Shown here: one piece after another, positions 1 to 10,805 of the stretch | Position numbering within the stretch: the first letter of the stretch is position 1 | How the letters are laid out: each line of letters begins with the position of its first letter | DNA from: an uncultured Dehalococcoidia bacterium | GTDB taxonomy: Bacteria; Chloroflexota; Dehalococcoidia; Lucifugimonadales; GCA-2712585 | NCBI GenBank assembly: GCA_951812825.1 | Contig: OX638324.1 | Location: 442,459-506,458 of the forward strand | Direction: 5' to 3' | DNA: 64,000 bases | Notes under the pieces: generated by a model | Told to the model about the DNA's origin: nothing | Seen by the model: the letters and a program-made list of their open reading frames with translations, nothing else | The model's database searches: none | Program-made: the position numbers and the translations under genes

Positions 1-1127
1 TTCAGCTCCTCCTTGTTAATGGCCAGCGCCAACGCCCGCCTCACCCGTACGTCGGTAAGCGGGTTGTTGGGATCGGATAGGTCCTCGCCTTCGGGGGTGG
101 CGTAGAACTGCCCGCCGATAACTCCCATGAGGTACCAACCGGGTCGCGTTGCCAGCACCTTGTCGAACCCGGCCTCTTCTATCTGCGGTACCAGACTCCA
201 CGGCATGTCCACAATGTGAACCTCGCCCGCCAACAGCATCGCAACCCTGGTGGCGTCCTCCTTGACCAGCAGGAACTCCAGCTCGTCCATCTCCGCCGTC
301 TTTCGCCAGTGGTCTTCCACCGCCTCATACAGATAGTGGCTGTTCACCTCCAACTCCTTGAAGGTGAATGCCCCAGTGCCTATGGGGTCCAACTGGTATC
401 CCTCGTCGCCAACCGCCTTCCAGTGGCCCCCGGAGATAATGTGAAAACCCACCCCGTCCAGCAGCCAGATCGGAATGGCCACGTCAGGAGCGTCCATGTT
501 CATGACTACCTCATAGTCACTGACGACCTCGAAGTTCTCGACGGGACCAACCCACCGCTTCCAGAAGAAAGCGCCGATGGCCTGGGAGTCATCAGCAACG
601 CCCGATTCATAAGTTGCGACTACGTCGTTGGCTGTGAACATATACTCGCTGGGCTGCCGGTTTCTATAGAAGGGTACGCCTTCCTGGAGCTTGAAAGTCC
701 ACGCCTTCGTGTCGAAGGTCCACTCCGTCGCGAGCCAGTCGTGGTGTATATCCAGCCTCTCCGGGTCCTCCCTGATAAGAAAGCCCAGCATCGGCTTCAG
801 CGGCGCCGCAGATGCCCGCGACGCCTTGACAGGCGAAGCTGTCTGCTGCGCCGGCGGTGTCATCGCAACCTTGAGACGCGGTTCCACAGGCTCTAAAGGC
901 GCCATGGTGGTAGGAGCAGCCGTCGGCGTAGCCGTTGGCGCGGGCGTCATCGCCGCCGTTGCCGGCATTGCCGTAGCCGCCGGAGCGGAAGTTGCGACTA
1001 CCGTTGGCTGGGGTGCCTCCTCCGTTTCATCGTCCCCACCGCAGGCAACGATGACGAGGCTCAGGAGGAGCAGCGCTCCAAGTACCCCCAACAGGAAATT
1101 ATAGGAGAATCTTCTGCGCTGCTTCAT
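1..1127 (-). CDS. ABC transporter substrate-binding lipoprotein, family 5 (peptide/nickel type); C-terminal part lies beyond the window edge
   Basis: Absent from the ORF track because it runs off the window. My translation starts at the ATG on the complement of 1125-1127, with a GGGGGTGA RBS upstream. It reads MKQRRRFSYNFLLGVLGALLLLSLVIVACGGDDE (lipobox), then a Pro/Thr/Ala linker, then ...HYLYEAVEDHWRK...DATRVAMLLAGEVHIVD... It is a paralog of 2534-4465 and 16186-17940. Confidence 0.8.
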   Translation of the reverse strand, partial: MKQRRRFSYNFLLGVLGALLLLSLVIVACGGDDETEEAPQPTVVATSAPAATAMPATAAMTPAPTATPTAAPTTMAPLEPVEPRLKVAMTPPAQQTASPVKASRASAAPLKPMLGFLIREDPERLDIHHDWLATEWTFDTKAWTFKLQEGVPFYRNRQPSEYMFTANDVVATYESGVADDSQAIGAFFWKRWVGPVENFEVVSDYEVVMNMDAPDVAIPIWLLDGVGFHIISGGHWKAVGDEGYQLDPIGTGAFTFKELEVNSHYLYEAVEDHWRKTAEMDELEFLLVKEDATRVAMLLAGEVHIVDMPWSLVPQIEEAGFDKVLATRPGWYLMGVIGGQFYATPEGEDLSDPNNPLTDVRVRRALALAINKEEL

Positions 1128-1339
1128 GGAAATCACCCCCAATGAATATGGACGGTCTTCCGACAGGAACCTTAACCTGCAGATTTCCGTATCCTAGGTG
1201 TCCTCCATGCCCATGTCAAGGCAAGGCACACACCGCGGAAACGACCGCGACGAATTGCGCCAGCGTTTGAAATTCATGCTACGCATTTAGCTCTGAAGCA
1301 GCTGGCAGTCTGACTGTCGCTGAGCGGCCTGACAATCCC

Positions 1340-2227
1340 CTACGGATAGTTCTTCAACCACCAACGTGCTATATCTATCCGACGTGCAAACCATACGTTG
1401 GGTTGCGATGTGGCGTATTCCAGAAACTGGCGCAGTCCGGCCGCCCGGGAGGGTTTGCCTATTATCCGGCAGTGCAGCCCCACAGACATCATCTTGGGGT
1501 GAGTCTCTCCCTCCCTGCGTAGAAGATCGAAAGTCCCGCGCGCTACGTGGTAGAAGTGCTCCGGCATTGTCATCCCGCCCCGCCAGAATTTGGTGTCGTT
1601 CACCTCCAGCGAGTACGGAATCACCAGCCACTTCTTGCCGTTCACGTTGGTGTAGTAGGGCAGATCGTCGTTGTAGGAGTTGCAGTCGTAGATGAAGCCG
1701 CCCTCCTCAACCACCAGCTCCCGCGTGTTGACGCTTGGCCCGTAGCGACAGTACCAGCCCAGAGGACGCTGGCCCGTGGTCCGTTCGATGGACTCCACAG
1801 CATTTCGGATGGCTTCCCGCTCCTCGTCACGGCTCATGCGGAAATACTCCTCCCACCTGTTCCCGTGGCCAAAGACCTCGTGCCCCCTCGCCGTTATCTC
1901 CCTGGCCACGTCCGGGTTGCGCTCCAGCGCCAGGGCGCAGCAATAGAAGGTAGCCTTAACGTTGAACTCGTCCAGGATGTTCATGATCCGCCAAACGCCC
2001 ACCCGGCTCCCATACTCGAAGAAAGACTCGTTGGCCAGGTCCCGCTCCCCCACCGGTACCGGCGAAGGCACCTCCCCCATCGACTCCCCCTGGGCGTCGC
2101 CGTCCAGCAGCGAATACTCGGAGCCTTCCTCGTAGTTGACCACCACCGAGACGGCAATTTTTGCGCCATTCGGCCACTGTATCACCGGGGGATTAGGTCC
2201 GTATCCAACAAAGTCTCTTTCTTCCAT
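1340..2227 (-). CDS. puuE: Polysaccharide-deacetylase-fold protein, PuuE-type allantoinase-like
   Basis: ORF 1340-2299. I prefer the internal ATG at 2227, which follows a GGAGAAG RBS. The translation MEERDFVGYGPNPP...WPNGAKIAVSVVVNYEEG...NVKATFYCCALALERNP...GHEVFGHG is typical of the PuuE/urate-catabolism deacetylase family. Confidence 0.7.
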   Translation of the reverse strand: MEERDFVGYGPNPPVIQWPNGAKIAVSVVVNYEEGSEYSLLDGDAQGESMGEVPSPVPVGERDLANESFFEYGSRVGVWRIMNILDEFNVKATFYCCALALERNPDVAREITARGHEVFGHGNRWEEYFRMSRDEEREAIRNAVESIERTTGQRPLGWYCRYGPSVNTRELVVEEGGFIYDCNSYNDDLPYYTNVNGKKWLVIPYSLEVNDTKFWRGGMTMPEHFYHVARGTFDLLRREGETHPKMMSVGLHCRIIGKPSRAAGLRQFLEYATSQPNVWFARRIDIARWWLKNYP

Positions 2228-2533
2228 CAGCGCTTCTCCTTTTCGTTTACCGACGGGTAGAGTATACAACAGCCCCGTCGGACCATAACTACGCCCCATG
2301 CATCCACCACTATTAGCCCTACTTTGGAATCTGATTTAAGTCATCCTAAGGGCGGATTAGAACGGAAACTGATACCCAAAGAAGCAAACTTCCCATACTA
2401 AATTGCCCGTGTCTCTACATTTGCCTTTTTGCGGTCGACAAATTAAACTAGCCCTTGCGCTCGACCCGGCATCCAAAATGCCCTATACCAGCCGCGGTTG
2501 AGCCTATGCAAACTTCTCAGTGAGGCGACTTCG

Positions 2534-4465
2534 ATGAGAATCCCCCCATCCACAAAGATCCTCCTACTGCTTGTGCTGGCCCTCTTGGCAACCGCGATAA
2601 TTGTTGCTTGCGGCGATGATGAGGCCACGGACGAGCCCGCCCCAACGGCGGCGCCCTCGACGCCCGCCCCCCAACCCACCCCGGCTGCGACGGCCATGCC
2701 CGCTACACCACAGCCCACGGCCATGCCCACTACACCACAGACCACAGCCATGCCCGCTACACCACAGCCCACGGCCATGCCGGCCACACCCGTCGCTACG
2801 GCAATGCCGGCTACACCTACCCGTCAGCGGTTTATTCCCACCGCAACTCCTGCGGCAACGCCGGTGCCCACGGCCATGGCTCCCAAAGTCCCCGTACAAT
2901 CCAGGCTCAGGGTTGCCATCCCTCCGCCCCAGTACCAGTCCCTGGCCATGTTCGACAGCGTAGAGGGAATCCTGCCCAACATGGAGCACGTTGTCGGCGT
3001 CGACTCCGAAACGGGAGTCGTCGACTTCAGCCGGCTCGCTGAGGAATGGAGCATGTCTCCCGACGGTACCGTCTGGAACTTTAAGTTTCGTCAGGGCATC
3101 CCCTTCCACACCGCTCCCGATTTTGATGGCGCGGAACTGACCGCCCTGGACATGATTGCCACCCTCCAGGTGCTGGGATCTGATCTCTCCAACCGGCCCA
3201 CAATCTGGACCAACTTTGGCGTCGATAACGCAAACTTCGATGCCGTCGGCCGGTATGAACTGAACTGGATGCTGAACGGGCCCGCCGCAGACATCGCCAA
3301 CTGGCTCAGCCCGCAAACCCCCTCCGGCGTCATCAGCTCCGCCTACTTCCGGCTCAAGGGCGAAGAGGGCTACCTCACCTATCCCGTAGGCACCGGCCCC
3401 TTCAAGTTCAGCGAGGTCACCTTCGGCCAGTACCTCCGCTATGAGCGCGTCGAAGACCACTGGCGGAAGACCCCCGAGTTCCCGGAACTCGAATACCTCT
3501 TCGGCCCTGAAGACGCCACCCGTCTCGCCATGCTTCTGGCCCAGGAAGTGCACATCGCAGACGTTCCCCGTTCCCTCCTTCCCGAAGCGGCACAGCGAGG
3601 ATTCGTCGTTGTCACCGGCTCCCGGCCCGGCATGACCGTCTTCGTCTTCATCGGCGGCCAGTACTACGACGGCGAAAGGACGTACCTTGCAGGCCCCAAG
3701 AAGGGCGAGATTGAACCCGTCGCCCCCGGATACGACCCCAACGACCCCTTCCGGGACGTTAGAGTCCGCAAGGCCCTCAATCTGGCCGTAAACAAGGAAG
3801 AGATAATCAACACCTTCTGGGCCGGCGCGGCCATTCCGCAGGCCCAGTTCAGCCTCACTCCCAACCACCCAGACCATAAGGACGAGTGGGTGCCCTATCC
3901 CTACGATCCCGACGAAGCCCGCCGCCTGCTGGCCGAGGCCGGTTATGCCGACGGCTTCGAGTTCGACTTCCAGACAGCCAAGGTCAGCGGCGTGCCGGAA
4001 GTCCCAGAAGTCGCCGAGGTCATCACCCAATACTGGTCAGAAGTCGGCCTCAAGCCCAAGCTGCTGGAGCTCGGCTCCTTCAGCCAGATCCGCTCCCTCT
4101 ACCGTGCGCGGGATATCGGACGCTACGCCTACCCCGTTCGCTACAGCATCAACAGGTTCGGTACCAACACCTGCTACCCCATGAGCAACGTGGCCGGCGG
4201 CTGCGGCTCTCCCCAGTGGGAGTACGACGATCTGGACCAGATCTTCATCAATCTGCGTAACGCCGTGCAGCCTGATGAAATTAGGCGCCTCACCCACGAG
4301 ATGGGAGACTACCTGTACAACAACTACATAATCATCCCCATCGCCTTCCTCTTTCCGCAGGCGGCCTACGACCCCAGTGTTATAGCCGATCCCGGCTTCA
4401 CCCGCTTCATGGTTGACCAGGGCCCGACGGAAGGACTGGAATACACAGTTCCCGTGTACCAGTAG
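2534..4465 (+). CDS. ABC transporter substrate-binding lipoprotein, family 5
   Basis: ORF 2498-4465. ATG at 2534 follows a GAGG RBS. It has a signal peptide and lipobox (LLATAIIVACGDDE), a PT-rich repeat linker, then the SBP_bac_5-like core (YLRYERVEDHWRKTPEF...DATRLAMLLAQEVHIADVP). Confidence 0.85.
   Translation: MRIPPSTKILLLLVLALLATAIIVACGDDEATDEPAPTAAPSTPAPQPTPAATAMPATPQPTAMPTTPQTTAMPATPQPTAMPATPVATAMPATPTRQRFIPTATPAATPVPTAMAPKVPVQSRLRVAIPPPQYQSLAMFDSVEGILPNMEHVVGVDSETGVVDFSRLAEEWSMSPDGTVWNFKFRQGIPFHTAPDFDGAELTALDMIATLQVLGSDLSNRPTIWTNFGVDNANFDAVGRYELNWMLNGPAADIANWLSPQTPSGVISSAYFRLKGEEGYLTYPVGTGPFKFSEVTFGQYLRYERVEDHWRKTPEFPELEYLFGPEDATRLAMLLAQEVHIADVPRSLLPEAAQRGFVVVTGSRPGMTVFVFIGGQYYDGERTYLAGPKKGEIEPVAPGYDPNDPFRDVRVRKALNLAVNKEEIINTFWAGAAIPQAQFSLTPNHPDHKDEWVPYPYDPDEARRLLAEAGYADGFEFDFQTAKVSGVPEVPEVAEVITQYWSEVGLKPKLLELGSFSQIRSLYRARDIGRYAYPVRYSINRFGTNTCYPMSNVAGGCGSPQWEYDDLDQIFINLRNAVQPDEIRRLTHEMGDYLYNNYIIIPIAFLFPQAAYDPSVIADPGFTRFMVDQGPTEGLEYTVPVYQ
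2690..2824 (+). repeat. Coding tandem repeat, 27-nt unit x5 (9-aa TAMPATPQP-like linker repeat)
   Basis: Read directly: ACGGCCATGCCCGCTACACCACAGCCC and four diverging copies in frame inside the SBP linker. Confidence 0.8.
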
Positions 4466-4493
4466 CGCAGACGCGCAACAGGCAACAAACCCA

Positions 4494-4528
4494 GAGGCCC
4501 CTTCCAGCGCGGAGGGGCCTCGCCTTTT
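4494..4528 (+). terminator. Rho-independent terminator candidate after the SBP gene
   Basis: GAGGCCCCT / AGGGGCCTC stem around a 10-nt loop, followed by GCCTTTTCC, about 30 nt after the stop at 4465. Confidence 0.55.
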
Positions 4529-4552
4529 CCACGAAGGGAGACCGTACGGCAG

Positions 4553-5965
4553 ATGAATGAGTCCTGGCAACAGTTATGCTTCCTCACCATCAGGGAAGCC
4601 GGCAACCTGTTTCGCAGCCGCAAGCTCTCGCCCATGGAGTTCACTCAAGCCCACCTTGACGCCATCGACCGGCTTGACCCAACCCTCCATACCTACGTGA
4701 CCCTTCTGCCCGAAAGCGCCTTAGCCCAGGCCCGCCGGGCCGAACAAGAGATGCTACATGGCGATTTTCACGGCCCCCTCCACGGCATTCCCTATGCCCT
4801 CAAGGACCTCTTCTACACCGCAGGCGTCACCACCGAGGCCCACTCGAAGGTCATGGAAGGATTCACCCCCAAGTTTGACGCCCACGCGGTAACGCAATTG
4901 CACCAGGCAGGGGCTGTGCTTCTGGGCAAACAAGCCATGGGTGAATTTGCCGTCGGAAGCCTGGAGACGGCCCTGTACGCTCGCCCAAGAAACCCGTGGA
5001 ACCTCGGCTACGACACCGGTGGTTCCAGCAGCGGCTCGGCGGCCTCCGTCGCCGCAGGACTCGCAATGGCCTCCCTCGGCACCGATACGGGCGGCAGCAT
5101 CCGCGGCCCCGCCGCCAACTGCGGCGTCGTTGGACTGAAGCCCACCTACGGCCGCGTCAGCCGTCACGGCATCGTTCCCCTAAGCTGGTCCCTCGACCAC
5201 TGCGGCCCCCTGACCCGCACCGTGGAGGACGCGGCTCTTGTCCTTCAAGCTATCGCAGGACACGATCCCCGCGATCCCACCGGCAGCACCGCGCCGGTCC
5301 CCGATTATGCCGCCGCCCTCACCGGCGAGGTCACTGGCCTCGCCATCGGAGTGCCCCGCAGCTTCTTCGCCGCAGGCGAAGTCGCCGCAGACCCACAGAT
5401 CCTGGACGCCTTCGACATAGCGATGCAGATATTCGAAGACTCAGGCGCTCAGATACGCGAGATAGATGTACCCTCCCTCCACTACTACCGCATGGCCCAT
5501 ACAACCATAATGCTGTCGGAGGCCTACTCCATCCACCGCAAAAACCTCGTCCAACGCCCCGACGACTACGCCCCATCCAGCTGGAACCATCTCGCCTCCG
5601 GGGCCGCATTCTCCGCCGCCGACTACATCCAAGCCCAGCGAATTCGTAGCCGCCTGAGGCACCAGTTCCACGCCGCATTGGACGATGTGCACGTCATCGC
5701 CCTCCCTTCAAGCCACAAGACCGCCTGGCCCATCGGAAACGGCGACGCTGTCGGCACCCTGGAGCCGCAAAACTTCCGGGCCTGCTTCGACATGACGGGA
5801 ATGCCCGCCGTCACCCTACCCTGCGGCTTCACCCGGGGAGGGCTGCCAATAGGCCTGCAGCTGGCGGGACGTCCCTTCGATGAAGCAACCGTCCTGCGCG
5901 CCGCCCGCGCCTACGAGCAACAGGCTGGATGGTTCCGCCACCGACCTTCACTCGTTGCTCAATAG
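4553..5965 (+). CDS. Amidase (amidase-signature family, GatA-like)
   Basis: 470-aa ORF with the amidase-signature core GYDTGGSSSGSAASVAAGLAMASLGTDTGGSIRGPAANCGVVGLKPTYGRVSRHG. Confidence 0.85.
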   Translation: MNESWQQLCFLTIREAGNLFRSRKLSPMEFTQAHLDAIDRLDPTLHTYVTLLPESALAQARRAEQEMLHGDFHGPLHGIPYALKDLFYTAGVTTEAHSKVMEGFTPKFDAHAVTQLHQAGAVLLGKQAMGEFAVGSLETALYARPRNPWNLGYDTGGSSSGSAASVAAGLAMASLGTDTGGSIRGPAANCGVVGLKPTYGRVSRHGIVPLSWSLDHCGPLTRTVEDAALVLQAIAGHDPRDPTGSTAPVPDYAAALTGEVTGLAIGVPRSFFAAGEVAADPQILDAFDIAMQIFEDSGAQIREIDVPSLHYYRMAHTTIMLSEAYSIHRKNLVQRPDDYAPSSWNHLASGAAFSAADYIQAQRIRSRLRHQFHAALDDVHVIALPSSHKTAWPIGNGDAVGTLEPQNFRACFDMTGMPAVTLPCGFTRGGLPIGLQLAGRPFDEATVLRAARAYEQQAGWFRHRPSLVAQ

Positions 5966-6026
5966 CGCAAATCGCACTTGTAAAAAGACAAAGGTCGTAA
6001 GCAACCAACTCTGTACAAGGTAAAAA

Positions 6027-6098
6027 AGCCAACGGTGGGAATCGAACCCACGACCTGCGGTTTACGAAACCGCTGCTCTGCCTCTGAGCTACGTTGGC
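6027..6098 (-). tRNA. tRNA-Thr (anticodon CGU), no encoded CCA
   Basis: Reverse complement GCCAACGTAGCTCAGAGGCAGAGCAGCGGTTTCGTAAACCGCAGGTCGTGGGTTCGATTCCCACCGTTGGCT folds as a cloverleaf. The anticodon loop is TTCGTAA and the T-loop is GGTTCGATTCC. Confidence 0.9.
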
Positions 6099-7621
6099 CC
6101 GCTGTCCGTCAACTGCGCCAGTTCCTCAATCTGGGAAACCAGCCAGTGGCTGATATCCTCCCGCCGAATGCTGTCGGCCATATCCGTGGCGCGCCGCTTT
6201 CTCTCCCCTTCACCCATTGTAATCGCCTGGTACATGGCCTGCATAGTGCCCTCTATGTCCGCCGGAGAAACCGTCAGCGCTCCGCTCTTCAACTGTTGGT
6301 GCGCGCCGGTAGTCTCCGAAAGTATCAGCACCCCGTCCCTGGAATTAACCAGCGGCCCTTCCTTTGCCACCAGGTTCATGCCGTCTATCACAGCGTTAAT
6401 CAGAAGCGCGTCGTAGACCTTCATACCCGCGATGGCCTGAGTATAGTTATTCTCGAAATAGGGCCTCACCGGCTGCCAGTCCGGCGTGCCGTACATGGAA
6501 TTGATGTCCCCGATTATCCGCCGGATGTCGTCCATATACCGCTGGTACTGACGGATGTGGGTGCGGGAAGGCACGAGGAACGCCATAAACGAGATCTCGC
6601 CGTGGAGCTCCGGGTATCGAGAGAGCAGCAGCTGGAACGCCCTGAACCCCCGGATCACGTTCTTGCTGGGCTCGGCCCTGTCCACCCGGATTATCGACTT
6701 CCCCTGCATCTCAGACCGCAGCCGGCGTTCGTAGTCCAGCGCCCGGGGTGAATTGGCGATTCGGATTATCTCGTCCACGTTGACCGAGATGGGATAAGCC
6801 CGAACGTGGCACGCCCTCCCGTCGTGATAGATGACCCGGTTGTTGTGGTCCACCTCATACTCCGGCAGAAACTCCTCGCAGCAATCCAGGAAATTCCGCA
6901 CGTCGTCTACGGACTGAAACCCAACCACGTCGGCGGCAATCAGGCTGCGACAGATCTGGTTTCTAATGTAGCTCGGCAACAGCTTCCAGTATCGGGCCGC
7001 CGGCCACGGAATGTGGGTGAAGTGCTGGATCGCTGCGTTGGGTAATCCCTCTCGAATGAACCCAGGCGCAAGGTACAAGTGATAGTCGTGGGTCATCACA
7101 ATGGGCGGCTTTTCGCTCTCAAGTCCCTCGTCTATCACCATGCCCGCCACGTTCTCGTTGACCGTCACGTACCCGTTGTTCCATGCGTCGTGCACGTTCG
7201 AGTCCACGTTGGGGCTGTAGGGGGAATTCCACATGTAATGTTGCAGGAACCACAGCAGGGGATTGCAGAATACGTTGTAGTACTTGTGGTATATCCGTCG
7301 AGCCGTGGAAACGTAGCGCACCTGCGCCCGCTGGCCCGGCAGCTTGGACCGAATCTTGGCCCCGCGGCTCTCCTCCGCCACCCTTCTGTCCCCCTCGCCC
7401 ATGGCCGTCGCGACCCACGTGAAATCCAGCATCCTGGTGAGAGAACTCAGGGCTGTGACTACCCCGCCGCTGCCCCTCCGGGCCTCAAGTCGCCCGTCGT
7501 ACCGTACGTAGTGCTCAACGGGGCCGCGGTTGCTTGCGAGAATTAGCGGTCGTTGCGAAAGCACAGAGCTGCAGAGTTCCTGCAACCGCCCCCACTGTCC
7601 TGCGTGCCTTCCTTCATCCAT
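6089..7621 (-). CDS. otsA: Glycosyltransferase family 20, trehalose-6-phosphate synthase-like
   Basis: 510-aa ORF with LILASNRGPVEH, YYNVFCNPLLWFLQHYMW, IVMTHDYHLYLAPGFIRE, FTHIPWP and NLVAKEGPLVN motifs typical of OtsA/GT20. Confidence 0.8.
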   Translation of the reverse strand: MDEGRHAGQWGRLQELCSSVLSQRPLILASNRGPVEHYVRYDGRLEARRGSGGVVTALSSLTRMLDFTWVATAMGEGDRRVAEESRGAKIRSKLPGQRAQVRYVSTARRIYHKYYNVFCNPLLWFLQHYMWNSPYSPNVDSNVHDAWNNGYVTVNENVAGMVIDEGLESEKPPIVMTHDYHLYLAPGFIREGLPNAAIQHFTHIPWPAARYWKLLPSYIRNQICRSLIAADVVGFQSVDDVRNFLDCCEEFLPEYEVDHNNRVIYHDGRACHVRAYPISVNVDEIIRIANSPRALDYERRLRSEMQGKSIIRVDRAEPSKNVIRGFRAFQLLLSRYPELHGEISFMAFLVPSRTHIRQYQRYMDDIRRIIGDINSMYGTPDWQPVRPYFENNYTQAIAGMKVYDALLINAVIDGMNLVAKEGPLVNSRDGVLILSETTGAHQQLKSGALTVSPADIEGTMQAMYQAITMGEGERKRRATDMADSIRREDISHWLVSQIEELAQLTDSGPT

Positions 7622-8107
7622 AGTGCATCGTAGCCCGGTAACCTTCTAGACTTCCCCGTCCGTCCATGCGCTGCAGGCGTCCTGAAAAGGCCTCATTTTC
7701 CGAACCTGCGAGGAAGCGCCAATCCAGCGCAATTTAGCACCTGCCTATAGGGTTGTCAACTTGAGACTTCTACTTATAAATGCCTTCGCCGCAACCTGTC
7801 GTCAGCGGTCCCTCGCCCCTTCCCTCCCTGCCTCCACTGACAACTTTTCCTTGCTCGCCTCTTACATTCCCTGATACCATCTCTACCATGAATTCATGCC
7901 TCAAGACCCGTGCCAATTGTCGGCCTCACAAACCATTCGATTGCCTGAAATTTTTTGGAACGAATCTCCACGCCTGAAACGAATAAATTCAGGCACAAAT
8001 TCGATTCCATTCGAAAACCCTAACGAATCAATTTCACGCCTGGCCCTCCCAATCGAATCCAGTCGAATCCCCACGCCTCACAACCCACGTCTTAGCCCAA
8101 CCTGCTG

Positions 8108-8137
8108 TTGACATGCTGAATTCGCTTTATGTATAAT
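8108..8137 (+). promoter_or_regulatory. Sigma70-type rRNA promoter candidate
   Basis: TTGACA (8108-8113), 18-nt spacer, TATAAT (8132-8137), about 80 nt upstream of the mature 16S 5' end. Confidence 0.65.
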
Positions 8138-8178
8138 GGGCGCAAGCCTCCACTGAGAGGCTCTATTACCCCTTAGCA

Positions 8179-8205
8179 CCTTAACAGTTGGATAGTGGAA
8201 GGAAG
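8179..8205 (+). other. 5' half of the 16S precursor processing stem
   Basis: CCTTAAC-AG-TTGGATAGTGGAAGGAAG is complementary to 9881-9907 (7 bp plus an 18-bp perfect pairing). It brackets the 16S like an RNase III stem. Confidence 0.7.
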
Positions 8206-8213
8206 TAAGGTAA

Positions 8214-9730
<1,517 letters not shown>

Positions 9731-9880
9731 GGGAGTTCCAATCCGCTTAACAACCGGATTCACTCCTAGGTCGGTCGGTGGGCGCCCTGCCCGCTGCCTA
9801 GGTCGAGCCAGGCTCCCGAAGCAGTAATCAGGGCCCTGTGAAAACCCACCGTGTACTCGGAAACAATCACAACATAATTG

Positions 9881-9907
9881 CTTCCTTCCACTATCCAAAG
9901 GTTAAGG
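9881..9907 (+). other. 3' half of the 16S precursor processing stem
   Basis: CTTCCTTCCACTATCCAA-AG-GTTAAGG, complementary to 8179-8205. Confidence 0.7.
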
Positions 9908-9913
9908 ACACTA

Positions 9914-9947
9914 AAGAAGCCGGGCATCCCCCGGCTTCTTCCTTTTT
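9914..9947 (+). terminator. Rho-independent terminator directly after the 16S gene
   Basis: AAGAAGCCGGG-CATCC-CCCGGCTTCTT hairpin followed by CCTTTTT. Confidence 0.75.
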
Positions 9948-10176
9948 GCGAACAACTCAATTCCTATGTGATGCTACGGCTTCAGGACAGGTTAATCTCG
10001 CAGTTGGTGGAAGATATTATGAAAGCGATGGACACTAGAGAATTTCTTAAACAGCTTTCCGTAGATGCCTTACAAGTAAGGGCATTCTTCTCTGAACGAT
10101 GATCAGACCGGACTTGCTCCACAATCTCGTCCCACGATCGCGCCAAGAAACCGTAGACGAATCTCGCAGACAAGAA

Positions 10177-10293
10177 TCATGGAGGCAACGGGTTACTTTG
10201 GGATGCCGCACCCTTCTCAACCAGCGTTGGACAATACGCTACCCAATGCTCTTCGTCCCGTTCCACTACTACCCGAAAATAATAAGTCTTCAT
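10177..10293 (-). pseudogene. HicB-like antitoxin N-terminal remnant
   Basis: My translation is MKTYYFRVVVERDEEHWVAYCPTLVEKGAASQSNPLPP*. The first ~30 aa match the HicB/UPF0150 pattern (y.f.v..e.de..w.a.cP.L...ga). The expected T.eEA...i.e... helix is missing because of an early stop or frame loss. Confidence 0.4.
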
Positions 10294-10406
10294 TGCTCGT
10301 CTCTCACATTATCGCGCTTTCTCATCGCAACAGGCCCAACCGCCTGAGATCGTCCTAGGTCCACTTTGCTTGCACTTGCAACATCAGCCTCAGTCTTCCA
10401 ACTCGA

Positions 10407-10577
10407 TTAAGTGTCACTTGAACGACGATATGTGACGGTCACGAATCTCCCGTCACTATGATGAAAATGCCGATGGCTGCCTCTCTGCCTAATCAACTCA
10501 AACCCATCTCTACGGAGACCCTGAATAATCCGGCGCGTGGCCAATGACCTCAACCGTGAGAAATCGATCTGGCTCAT
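10407..10577 (-). pseudogene. hicA: HicA-like toxin, apparently 3'-frameshifted
   Basis: 56-aa ORF, below the ORF-track cutoff: MSQIDFSRLRSLATRRIIQGLRRDGFELIRQRGSHRHFHHSDGRFVTVTYRRSSDT*. It has the HicA hallmark GF...RQ.GSH. The usual C-terminal ...GTL..IL.QAG tail appears only in another frame (LNRVGRLRLMLQ). Confidence 0.5.
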
Positions 10578-10805
10578 GCAACAAACTTAATTCAGACGCC
10601 TCCATGGTTCAAACACGCCAACTCCACCCTCATTCAACCACGCTTTTTCGTCCACAATCGCCTTATTCCCTCAAAACCCATCTCCTAGCGTGTGCACGCA
10701 AAGGCTCCTGCCACACCCTAAAATAGTATATTAACAGTAGAGTCTCCCCCGCTTTCCCCATATCATTAGTCCCAACCACCCCAACCAAACACCAAGGAGG
10801 CATAC

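Noticed and set aside
2564-4030. 488-aa ORF antisense to the SBP gene. Similar long ORFs occur elsewhere: 216-896 and 691-1104 (antisense to the partial SBP), 1547-2260, 21094-21921, 28018-28866, 57141-58007 and 58760-60085 (antisense to real genes), and 62151-63530 (same strand as the real genes but out of frame).
   Set aside because: They are Arg/Gly/Pro/His-rich and low in complexity, with no motifs. Each lies antisense to, or out of frame with, a gene that has clear family signatures. This is typical of shadow ORFs in GC-rich DNA.
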